NCBI GenBank assembly: GCA_965226375.1
Contig: CBDDCX010000006.1
Span: forward strand, 192,001 to 256,000
DNA: 64,000 bases
Direction: 5' to 3'
Origin: Longimicrobiales bacterium
Lineage (GTDB): Bacteria; Gemmatimonadota; Gemmatimonadetes; Longimicrobiales; Gaopeijiaceae
The translations under genes and the position numbers were made by a program. The notes under the pieces were generated by a model, which searched no databases, was not told the origin of the DNA, and saw only the letters and a list, made by a program, of their open reading frames with translations. Below, in pieces: positions 51,299 through 60,549 of the stretch (position 1 is its first letter; every line of letters starts with the position of its first letter).

Positions 51299-52255
51299 GT
51301 GGATACTGTCATGAGGCCCATCGCCGGCGACCAAAGCCCGCTCCAGTTCCCGCTCAACGACCTGCTCAGCACCGGTGCCCAGGTTCGTCTGCTACGGGTT
51401 CTTGCCAACGAAGTGGTAGGCCCGATCACGGCCCCTGACGCCGCGGGGCGCACCGGACTGACGGAGGCAGGTGCGCGTCGTGCCTTGAGTCGTCTTGCGA
51501 GCACTGGTTTCGTGGTACGGGTTGGCGGTGGCAGGTCTCAGCAGTTCGCGCTCCGGGAGTCGGATTCATTAGTCAGGGCGCTCTCTCAACTCTTTCACAC
51601 CGAGCAAGAGCGATACGATGGGCTCCTATCTGCACTCCGCGAGGCATTAGGGGAAGACCGGGGAGTACGAACCGCTTGGGTTCAAGTGATGCCACGGAGC
51701 AGTGGCGAGCCCCTGGAGCTCGGGATCGTAGGTCATTCCAAGACCGTTTCACGGGTGAAAGATCAGGTCAGGTGCAAGCTCTTGCCGGTCGAGGAACGCT
51801 TCGACTTGACCATCGAGCTGCACGCCTATACTCGTGCCGACGTCCCGGAGGTAGAGTGGAATAGTGTGATCCTACTCGCGGGAATTGCGCCGTCAGAATC
51901 TCCGCCAAAATCTTCGAGGGAGCCGAAGCACGGGGCATCCACACACCGAGACCGGGAAGAGCGTGCGCTCAGTTTCAGCCGAGTGGTCGCCAACTACCTC
52001 GACAGAGATCCCTCATTGAGGCGCCGAGCCCAGCGGCACGTTGACAGGCTCCTTGCCGAGGACCAAGGAATGGCCACTCAGGATCTGCGGGAGTGGCAGG
52101 CCATCCTCGAGAGATATTCGCTTCGGCGTCTGAGGGAGTTTCTCGTGTCCTCGACCCCCCGTGCCCAACGACTCCGGGAGAGCTCACCGTTCTTCGCCGT
52201 GCTGAATGCGGAGGAACGGGATCACCTTTTGGCTGCGATGGAGGATCAGGGATGA
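51299..52255 (+). CDS. wHTH + degenerate nucleotidyltransferase-like + helical C-terminal domain protein
   Basis: N-terminal wHTH (ARRALSRLASTGFV); C-terminal LRESSPFFAVL; AT-rich upstream region with two TATAAT. Confidence 0.6.
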   Translation: MDTVMRPIAGDQSPLQFPLNDLLSTGAQVRLLRVLANEVVGPITAPDAAGRTGLTEAGARRALSRLASTGFVVRVGGGRSQQFALRESDSLVRALSQLFHTEQERYDGLLSALREALGEDRGVRTAWVQVMPRSSGEPLELGIVGHSKTVSRVKDQVRCKLLPVEERFDLTIELHAYTRADVPEVEWNSVILLAGIAPSESPPKSSREPKHGASTHRDREERALSFSRVVANYLDRDPSLRRRAQRHVDRLLAEDQGMATQDLREWQAILERYSLRRLREFLVSSTPRAQRLRESSPFFAVLNAEERDHLLAAMEDQG

Positions 52256-52391
52256 CAGGCGTCACACCTAGTCCTTGACCGGCCGGCCTCCGCGGCTACA
52301 GTCCGTCAGGCACGAAGATAGCGATACCATCCGACGGTTCCCCCGACTCCTGCGCAGGGGTGACGGGACCCTACCTTTTGCGGAGCGAGCT

Positions 52392-53954
52392 GTGGGCGAA
52401 ACGCGCGTCGACCTTCTTCATCTCCTCTAGGACCTGAGGGATGCATACCCCGGGGCCGTCGAGGAAACGATCCTGACCGAGATCGTAGCCAACTCCCTCG
52501 ACTCGGGTGCGGGTACGATCGCACTGACGACTGGCCCTGAGAACTCCACGCTCACCGTGGTGGACGACGGCAAGGGAATGCAGCGCCGAGAGCTCTCCGC
52601 CTACCACGATCTCGCCACCACGAGCAAGAAGCGTGGGCGCGGGATCGGGTTCGCCGGAGTGGGGATCAAGCTCGGGCTGTTGGTGTGCGACGAGGTTCTT
52701 ACCGAAACGCGCCGAGGCAAGCAGCATGTGGCCACCACCTGGCACCTCACGTCCCGGCGGCGAGCCCCGTGGAAGTGGCTGAGACCTCCACCCGGATTGG
52801 TTGGAGAACGAGGCACGGCAGTCCGGCTCTCGGTCCAGGACGCGTTCTCCGCGCTGGTAGATGCGAGCTACATCGAGACCGTCCTCTATCAGCACTTCCA
52901 CCCGCTGTTCGATCCCGATTTCGACGAGCTTCTTTCGCGGCATTACAAGGATGGCGTTCGTTTCGTCGTGAACGGACAGACCCTTGCCCCACGCAAGTGG
53001 CTAGGGCAGGAGAGAGCACACGTGGCGGTCCGCTTGCCCAGGAAGCGTAAGCCCTCTGCGGTCGGTTACCTGATACGTGCGGACGGCCCTCTGCCGGACG
53101 AACAACGGGGGATCGCGATCAGTGCGCTCGGAAAGGTCATCAAACGTGGCTGGGACTGGATTGGGGTGGCTCCGAGTTCTCCGGATTCCATCGGTGGTGT
53201 AATTGAGGCTCCGGACCTCGCCGCCTGCCTGACCCTCAACAAAGCAGACTTCATCCGCACCGGCCCTCGCGGCGCCACATACCTGGCCTATCGCAAAGCG
53301 ATCCAGGAAGCGGTCTCGATCCGTCTCTCCGAGTGGGGGAATCTGGGAGACCAGCGGGTGGACAAGCGACGCCATGCGGCTCGCCCGATGGAACGTGACC
53401 TGGAGACGGTGCTGATGGATCTGGCCGAGAGCTTCCCGCTTGTGTCGACGCTCGTCGAGCGCCGCGCCGGCGGTCAGCGTAGCCTACCGATCGGGCGTCC
53501 GTCCCCGATCGGAGCCGAGCTCCAGGCGATGGCGCCCGAGGCGAGAGGCAAGGAACCGGCATCGGCCGACGAGCCGCCTCAGCCTGCCTCCGGCCAGGCT
53601 CCCCCGCAGCGCCCGCCCGAACTTCCTCCCGCCGCCTCTGAGCCTCCCTTGGGTAGGGGTCCACGTCGGCCGACGCGCTATATGCTGAGCATTGAGTTCG
53701 AGGCGCGCCCAGACGACCCCGAACTGGCTCGGCTGGTCGAATCCACAGTGCGGGTTAACGAGGCCCATCCGGCGTACCAGAGGCTGGTGGGCTCCCGGGC
53801 CATCGAGTATCACGTTGCTTTGTCGACCGCCATGGCGCTCGCCCCTCTAGCGGTGGAGCCACAGGAACAGCACGAGTTCATCACGGCGTTCCTGGCCCGA
53901 TGGGGTACTGCACGAGACGGGCGCACGAAGAAACGCGGCAAGTCGAGGATCTGA
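52392..53954 (+). pseudogene. GHKL (HSP90/MORC-like) ATPase with in-frame TAG at codon 13
   Basis: GTG 52392 MGETRVDLLHLL*DLRDAYPG; EIVANSLD, DDGKGM, GFAGVGIK Bergerat motifs. Confidence 0.8.
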
Positions 53955-54025
53955 TGGCACTGTAGACGAGAACTTCTTGTATTAGACCAAAGAGGTTCTC
54001 TTGCCAGCGATTCGGGAATAGCGGT

Positions 54026-54081
54026 GGTGGAGACCCGGCGGTGGAGACCCGCTGGTGGAGACCCGCTGGTGGAGATCCGGC
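54026..54081. repeat. 4 x 14-bp tandem repeat (GGTGGAGACCCGCT consensus)
   Basis: Directly visible between convergent genes. Confidence 0.9.
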
Positions 54082-54084
54082 GGG

Positions 54085-54717
54085 CTAGCCGTTCTCGTCC
54101 GCTAACTGACGCCGCATGAGCGCGGCGGTCCCACGCTCGGTGCTCTCTTCCGAGTCGGCGAGCGCGTCGGCCACCGCCGCCCTGTCCTCTCTGGACCGGT
54201 TCTGACTGAACTTCAGCTTTCCGATCATTCTGTCGATCGGTATCTCGAAGCCGACGATCGCCTGAAGCTCAGTAGGGATGACGGGCTCGGCCTTCGCGAG
54301 CGACCAGTCTCCCTCCACGGCGGCTTCATGTCGCTCGGTGAGACGAGTCGTCATCGCGAGCAGGGCGTCCACATCGTGGATCAGTCTCGGGCGTCCGTAT
54401 ACGTGCACGGCGGCGTAGTTCCAGGTGGGCACCGTGACCTGGTCATGGTACCAGTTGGGCGAGATGTACGCGTGCGGTCCCCTGAAGATCACCATCACTT
54501 CGGTGTCCTCATCCCAACCCTTCCACTGCGGGTTCGCCCGAGCCATGTGGCCGATCAATGTGCCGTTCGGAGCCGGATCTGGGTCGACCATGAAGGGTAG
54601 GTGCGTGCCGGTGAGGCCGTCGGGGCCACGGTCTATGATGACTCCGAACGAATACCGTCGGATGAGGTCGTGAAGTGCGGCGACGTCTTGTTCTTTGAAC
54701 GATCGGGGAGACCACAC
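54085..54717 (-). CDS. FMN-binding negative transcriptional regulator (PaiB family)
   Basis: THLPF, GHMARANPQW, GPHAYISPNWY, VPTWNYAAVH, KFSQNR. Confidence 0.9.
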   Translation of the reverse strand: MWSPRSFKEQDVAALHDLIRRYSFGVIIDRGPDGLTGTHLPFMVDPDPAPNGTLIGHMARANPQWKGWDEDTEVMVIFRGPHAYISPNWYHDQVTVPTWNYAAVHVYGRPRLIHDVDALLAMTTRLTERHEAAVEGDWSLAKAEPVIPTELQAIVGFEIPIDRMIGKLKFSQNRSREDRAAVADALADSEESTERGTAALMRRQLADENG

Positions 54718-55377
54718 ATCGGTGACTCGGAGGGGTCGTGGGATGGGTGGGCGAGAGCGATAGGCCCGGGAACTGTAACGCTTCAACCCCCAAGGTTCGA
54801 AAAGGGTTTGGAGCGGGTAGCGAGGGTCCGGGTCAGAATCGGGGTGCGACGCCCCGCTACGGCGAGCGCGCCACTCTGAACCCGTTGCCAAAGTGCTGAT
54901 TGTTCGTGGACGTGCCCCACCGGTAGGGGATGCCCGACCCCCGCGGCGTGTTGCCGATGCCTCCGCCACGGAGGTATCCGGTTCTCGCCGTCGCTGTGCA
55001 CCGGATCCGTCACGCTCGGCGCCAAGGTCGAGTAGAGCTCGTCGTCCAGGCCGTCGAAGACCCACTCCCAGGCGTTGCCGAACATGTCGTAGAAGCCCCA
55101 TGCGTTTCGGCGGAACGTGCCGACCGGTGCTGTCGCCTCCCAGCCGTCGTCCCAGGGAAAGGCCTCCCAGTCCATCTCTGGATACGTGCGCTTGACGGGC
55201 GCGTCGAATCCGTTGCCCCATCCCCCGCCTTCGGTAATGTCGTTTCCCCAGGGATAACGTGTCGTAACCCCGGCCCGCGCCGCGTACTCCCACTCGGCCT
55301 CGGTCGGAAGTCGCAGGCTGAAGTGCTCGGAGAAGGCCGTCGCCACATCCCAGCTCACCAGGACCGCGGGGTAATCG

Positions 55378-56772
55378 GGTAGTGTCACTAAGATTGTGTA
55401 AAAGGGGGTGAGGGCGTCCGAGGAGGGTGGACAGCCCGGAAAAGAAAGAGGAAGCTCCTTGTGAATTGTTCATCATCACATGAACCCGGGAGTCCGGCCT
55501 GCGTGAGCAGGTCGGAACCGGAACAAGGAGCTTCCTCATGGAAAAGATGGTCGAAGTTGAGCGGGCCACGCAAGACGAGCTGCGTCAGGATTTGAAGTCG
55601 CTGTTTCAGGGCGCGATCCGGCTAACGCTCGAGATGGTGTTGGAGGAGGAGTTGAAGGCGATGGTCGGAGCGCGACGATTCGAGCGGGTCGGCAGCCGGA
55701 AGGGCCACAGGAACGGGACGTATCTGAGGCGCCTGCTTACGAGCCTGGGTCAGATCGACGTGACGGTCCCGCGCAGCCGGGAAGGCGGCTCGCCCGCCGA
55801 CGTGATGGGTCGCTACCAGCGCAGGAGTGAAGAAGTCGATGCGATGATGGTGGAGGCCTACGTGAGCGGCGTGTCGCAGCGCAAGATGGGCGACGTGACC
55901 GAGGCACTCATGGGTGAGCGCGTGGGACGCTCGACGGTGAGCCGGGTCGCGAAGCGGCTCGACGAGGGCGTGCAAACGCTGCGGAGTGCACCCATCGAGG
56001 GGGCCCACCCCTACCTGTACCTGGACGCGACGTTCCTCGATGCCCGCTGGGCCCGAAAGGTCGAGAACGTGAGCGCGCTCGTGGCCTACGCCGTGGGCCC
56101 GGACGGCCACCGCCGGCTCCTGGGCATCACGCTGGGCCCTGAGGAATCGGAGAACAGCTGGTCGGAGCTCCTCGAGCAACTCCTGGAGCGTGGTCTCAGC
56201 GGCGTCCAGCTCGTGATCGCGGATGAGCACGCGGGCCTGGCAGCCGCGGTGCGCCGCTTCCTGCCCGAGGTGCGCTGCCAGCGCTGTACTGTCCACCTGC
56301 AACGCAACGTGCTGGCCAAGGTCCCGCATCGCCTGCGCAAGCGTGTGGCGCGCGAGGTTGCCGCCGTCTTCCGGGCCCCCGGGCTCGCTGAGTCGAAGAA
56401 GCGCCTGGCCGAGATCACGGCGCGCTGGCACAAGGAGCTCCCCGAGGCAGTCAACGTGCTTGAGCGGGGCTTCACGGCCGCCACCCAGTTCTACGCGTTC
56501 CCCGAGCCCCACTGGGCCCGACTGCGCACCACGAACAGCCTCGAGCGCCTGCACACCGAGATCAAGCGTCGGATCCGGAGCGCCGGCGCCTTCCCCGACC
56601 GAGCCAGCGCGCTCCGCCTCATCACTGCGGTTGCTCTAAGGACTACTGCGGCCTGGAGCGAACGTCGCTACCTGGATCTCACGCTTCTCGAACCGAAGGA
56701 GGTCGCCAAGGCAGCCTAACAGAAGCATCGAGGAGCTTCCTCTCACTTTTACACACAACTCGGGACTTGACC
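55378..56772 (+). mobile_element. IS256-family insertion sequence, copy 2 (1395 bp)
   Basis: Same ends and identical transposase as copy 1; TSD GGTAATCG (55370-55377, 56773-56780). Confidence 0.95.
55538..56719 (+). CDS. IS256-family transposase
   Basis: 393 aa identical to 33122-34303. Confidence 0.95.
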   Translation: MEKMVEVERATQDELRQDLKSLFQGAIRLTLEMVLEEELKAMVGARRFERVGSRKGHRNGTYLRRLLTSLGQIDVTVPRSREGGSPADVMGRYQRRSEEVDAMMVEAYVSGVSQRKMGDVTEALMGERVGRSTVSRVAKRLDEGVQTLRSAPIEGAHPYLYLDATFLDARWARKVENVSALVAYAVGPDGHRRLLGITLGPEESENSWSELLEQLLERGLSGVQLVIADEHAGLAAAVRRFLPEVRCQRCTVHLQRNVLAKVPHRLRKRVAREVAAVFRAPGLAESKKRLAEITARWHKELPEAVNVLERGFTAATQFYAFPEPHWARLRTTNSLERLHTEIKRRIRSAGAFPDRASALRLITAVALRTTAAWSERRYLDLTLLEPKEVAKAA

Positions 56773-57356
56773 GGTAATCGTCCCCGTTCATCGAGACGGT
56801 GGAGTCTCGAGGGAAGGGGCCGCTGTCGTGCTCGGGAAGGAACCGCCGCAACTGGGCGTTGGTCACCTCGTATAGGCCGAGGTAGAAGGGCCGCGTGAGC
56901 ACGACCTCATGCTGCGGACGCTCGTTGGTGCGGTCATAGGGATCCTCGGGAGCGGCGCCCCGTAGGTACGAGCCGGGGAGTACGAGGAGGAACTCAATGC
57001 CGCTCTCGTTGTCGAGCACGCGCCAGGGAAGCCCCGACGCTGTGATACCCGCCTGGAGCTCGGCGTCCTCGATCACATCCGGATCCGCTTCCCAGTCGAG
57101 GACCGTCGCCCACTCGGGGCCTTCCCGCGTGCTCTTACAGGACGCGGAGGCCAAGACCAGGGAGCCGAGCACTCCCAGCACCACGACTCGGACCGACCAC
57201 CAGACGTACGGACCCCCCCCCCCCCCCCCCCCGCCGACCATCCCCGACCTCCTGAGCAGGCATCATTGAAAAGAATATTTCAACTTACGGTGCCCGGTTC
57301 ACCGCACAAGTGCGCGGTGGGCCCGGGGACCTATTCGTCCTGAGAGGACCGCCGGC

Positions 57357-60029
57357 TCAGTCCTCCCTGAGCGCCTCGACAGGATCGACCCTGGACGCCC
57401 GGATCGCGGGGATCAGGCTAGCGAGCACTGAGACGGCCATGGCGACTACGGCCGTCCCCCCGTATGCCCAAGGGTCCAACGGCGACACACGGAAGAGCTG
57501 AGTCTCGAGGGCTCGACCGAGAGCCAACGCGCCAACGAGCCCGATCGTGATGCCGATCGCAGCCAGCTTGGCGCCGCTCGCGACGATCCTAGTCGTGAGG
57601 GATACGGCCAGTGCACCGAGGGCGAGCCTCAGGCCCAACTCCTTCGACTGTTGCCGAACCGCGTAGGAGAGCACCCCGTACAGTCCCACCGCCGACAGCA
57701 TGAGGGCGACCCCGGCGAACACCTCCATGAGGATCAGCATGAAGCGTGACGCCGCCAACCGCTCCGAGATGTACGAGCTCATAGGACGTAGCTCGGCAGG
57801 AAAGCCGGCGTCGACGCTTTGGATGGCGCCGAGTAGCGCGCGGCCGGTGACCGCTGGGTCACCCGTCACCTTCGCGACCACAGCCACCTCGTGGCTCTGA
57901 TACTGGACACGCGGCAGGTACATGGTGGGCCGATCGTCTCGGTGGTCCCCCTGTGGAGACCACTCGACCACGCCCACGATCTCCGGGTTGATCGTGTCTC
58001 CCTGCATGGCGCGTACGAAGAGTCGCCGGCCGATCGGATCCACGTCCGGGAACTCTGCGCGGGCCAGCCGGGCGTCGAGGATCACGACGGGCGCCTCGAT
58101 CACCTCGTCCGACGACGTGAACTGGCGTCCGCGCAGCAGCTCGAGCCCCATGGTTTCCATGTAGCCCGGTGAGATGGTCCGATAGTACGCCGATGTCCAC
58201 GCGGTGGGATCGGTCTCGAACCCCGGAAGCACGTACTCTGCGTCGCGCTCGTAGACACCGTTCATGGGTAGCGGAAAGACGATACCCACCGATTCGACCC
58301 CCGGGACCTGCCGCGCCGCCTCGATGAGCTCGGCCTCGTACGCTTGCCTTTCCTCTTGGGGTCGACCCGTCTGTGTGGCGGTCACCGTGAGCAGCCGGTC
58401 CGGCTCGAAGCCGAGCGGCATGCGCTCGAGCTCCGAGAACGTGCGAATCAGCAGCCCGGCGCCCACCAAGAGCATCACGGAGAGCGCCACCTCGCTGACC
58501 ACCAGCCCCATTCGGGCTCGGCTCGAGAGCGCCTTGCCACCTCGTATGGTCAGGTGGCCGGACACGCTGCGGCCCGCCGACTGCAGGGCAGGAAGCAGGC
58601 CCGCCAAGAGCGTGGCAGCCACGGTCACCAGCGCGGTGAAGGTCAGCACCGGCAGGTCCAGGGTCACATCCGCGAAGCGGTGGAGCTCCGGGGGACGGAG
58701 TAGTTGAAGGGCTTTAACACCGTACGCGGCGAGTCCGATTCCCGCGACGGCGCCCAGCACGGCGAGCACGGCGCTCTCGGTGACCAGCTGGCGCACTATA
58801 CGAGCCCGCCCGGCACCGAGCGACGCCCGCACCGCCAGCTCATTCGCGCGTGCGGCGCCCCGGGCGAGCAGCAGGTTAGCCACGTTCGCGCACGCGATCA
58901 GCAGGACCAGGCTCACGGCGCCCATCAGGACGAAGAGGGGCCCTTTGATCGGACGCGCAACCGCCTTCTCCACGCTCGTAATGACCAGGCGGGTCTTCTC
59001 CAGCGCGTGGTGTGGATGCCGTTCCCTGAGCCTTCCCGCGAATGCGTCCAACTCGGAACGGGCAGAGCTTACGGTGGCGCCCGGAGCAAGGCGCGCCACG
59101 GTCCGGTACCCTCGACGCTCTCGCGACCCTTGAGCGAGGTCGGTACGCGTGACCCGGTAGATGTCGACGTCCGCCCCGATGTTGAGCTCGGGAGGCAGGA
59201 TGATGTCGAAGTCCTCGGGGAGTACGCCGACGATTTCCGCGTCGCCGCCCCAGACCTTCACAATCCTGCCAAGAACGTCGGGATCACCTCCGAATTTCGT
59301 TTGCCAGAAGTCGTAACTGATGACGCTCGCCGCGGGCGGGAACGTGGTCGTCTCCGGGGGAAAGCCGTCGCCTTCCGATTCGACGAAGGTCCGGCCGAGC
59401 GTGGCCTGCACGCCAAGCATGTCGAACCCATTCCAGGTGACGAATGAGACGAGTACGTGCTCAGGCCGATCGACCTCGGTCAGCGGGCCGATGGTCGGCT
59501 CACCGAAGCCGACCGCCTGTTCGATGGATTCGACTTCGGCAATCAGATCGACCAGGTCCGGTCCGGACAGATAAAGCGTATCCGCCGAACCGCCCATCGT
59601 CGAGGTGATCATGACCAGCTCGCTGGGCTCGTCGTAGGGCAGGGGAGTCATGAGTACGCCGTGCACGGCCGAGAAGATCGCCGTGGTGGCTCCGATGCCC
59701 AGGGCCAGCGTGAGGATGACGACTGCGCCGATTCCCGCGTGACGGCGCAACTGCGTAAGCGCGAACGCGATGTCTTGACTTACCGACTGCACCAACCCCT
59801 CCCGATCCCGTGATTTTCCCGATCCCCGTCGTTGCCAGCGCAGCCGCAGTGAAGGTCCGGCGCTGTTCACCACTTGGGTCCAAAGCCAGCGTCCGGCCGC
59901 CCGGCGTCCGAGGTCCCGGACCCTTCCGTCCCATATCTCGTGGATGTCTTCGATGACGCCGTCCCTCGTGTCGTTGGGCAGCAGCACTCGAAGCAGGAGT
60001 CGTGGGGCGCGGGGAAGCTGGGTCCGCAT
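57357..60029 (-). CDS. ADOP-type duplicated MacB/FtsX ABC permease
   Basis: LTLALGIGATTAIFS, LLIACANVANLLLAR, GLYGVLSYAV, RASRVDPVEALR. Confidence 0.92.
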   Translation of the reverse strand: MRTQLPRAPRLLLRVLLPNDTRDGVIEDIHEIWDGRVRDLGRRAAGRWLWTQVVNSAGPSLRLRWQRRGSGKSRDREGLVQSVSQDIAFALTQLRRHAGIGAVVILTLALGIGATTAIFSAVHGVLMTPLPYDEPSELVMITSTMGGSADTLYLSGPDLVDLIAEVESIEQAVGFGEPTIGPLTEVDRPEHVLVSFVTWNGFDMLGVQATLGRTFVESEGDGFPPETTTFPPAASVISYDFWQTKFGGDPDVLGRIVKVWGGDAEIVGVLPEDFDIILPPELNIGADVDIYRVTRTDLAQGSRERRGYRTVARLAPGATVSSARSELDAFAGRLRERHPHHALEKTRLVITSVEKAVARPIKGPLFVLMGAVSLVLLIACANVANLLLARGAARANELAVRASLGAGRARIVRQLVTESAVLAVLGAVAGIGLAAYGVKALQLLRPPELHRFADVTLDLPVLTFTALVTVAATLLAGLLPALQSAGRSVSGHLTIRGGKALSSRARMGLVVSEVALSVMLLVGAGLLIRTFSELERMPLGFEPDRLLTVTATQTGRPQEERQAYEAELIEAARQVPGVESVGIVFPLPMNGVYERDAEYVLPGFETDPTAWTSAYYRTISPGYMETMGLELLRGRQFTSSDEVIEAPVVILDARLARAEFPDVDPIGRRLFVRAMQGDTINPEIVGVVEWSPQGDHRDDRPTMYLPRVQYQSHEVAVVAKVTGDPAVTGRALLGAIQSVDAGFPAELRPMSSYISERLAASRFMLILMEVFAGVALMLSAVGLYGVLSYAVRQQSKELGLRLALGALAVSLTTRIVASGAKLAAIGITIGLVGALALGRALETQLFRVSPLDPWAYGGTAVVAMAVSVLASLIPAIRASRVDPVEALRED

Positions 60030-60032
60030 GGG

Positions 60033-60371
60033 CTACTGCTCCTTCAGGAGCGGGTGGTCCTCAGCCGCGTCCCAGAGCTGATCGTGTTGATGTCGTAGCC
60101 GGGTCAGGAGGCGTCCGCCTTCTGGAGAGAGCCGGTAGTGCCGTCTCGGTTTGCCGCCCCGGCCGGCCTCGGGTGCGGAGGTCCGGCACCGTGCCCAGCC
60201 TTTTTCTTCGAGGCGGTTCAGGGTGATGTGCGCGGCGGCGACGGACACGTCGCGCCCGCTCGCGGCCACTAGGGCCTCGTAGACTTGCCGGCCGGTGACT
60301 TCTTCCGCGAATCCGGCGAGGGTCAACAGAACGAGCTGCTCGAACTCTCCCGGCACCGATCCTCTACCCAC
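60033..60371 (-). CDS. PadR-family regulator
   Basis: GTG after GGAGG; GEFEQLVLL, TLNRLEEKGW, RGGKPRRHY. Confidence 0.85.
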   Translation of the reverse strand: MGRGSVPGEFEQLVLLTLAGFAEEVTGRQVYEALVAASGRDVSVAAAHITLNRLEEKGWARCRTSAPEAGRGGKPRRHYRLSPEGGRLLTRLRHQHDQLWDAAEDHPLLKEQ

Positions 60372-60549
60372 ATCCCCTCCCAGTTTCGCGGCAAAGACCA
60401 GAGTGGCGGTCACTCTGGCGGCGAGGAGGCAATTTAGTGGAATTAAACGGAGTCTGCAACTTTTGTTTCAGTTACTGGTCTGCGAGGGGAGTCGGCTATC
60501 CCGACGACGTCCGGCTTGCTGCTCCCTCCGCCACAACGCATGGTTCAAC

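Larger units (their letters stand above)
54857..57241 (-). pseudogene. FGE-sulfatase (SUMF1/EgtB/PvdO) domain lipoprotein interrupted by IS256, with frameshift near 54974
   Basis: ERPQHEV, YEVTNAQ | PAVLVSW, RLPTEAEWEYAARAG, YDMFGNAWEW; LRGG...GFRVARSP* in shifted frame. Confidence 0.88.

Noticed and set aside
52428..52430. In-frame TAG as pyrrolysine or recoding
   Set aside because: No pyl genes are visible and TAG ends many intact genes here; a nonsense mutation or base-call error is simpler.
54857..55100. FGE-sulfatase C-terminus as a diversity-generating retroelement target
   Set aside because: The fold is a common DGR target, but I saw no reverse transcriptase or template repeat in the window.
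54085..55569. 494-aa ORF as one gene
   Set aside because: Chance read-through of antisense IS256, off-frame FGE sequence and the real PaiB-family gene (54085-54717).
33069..56772. Composite transposon formed by the two IS256 copies
   Set aside because: Each copy has its own distinct TSD, so they inserted independently.
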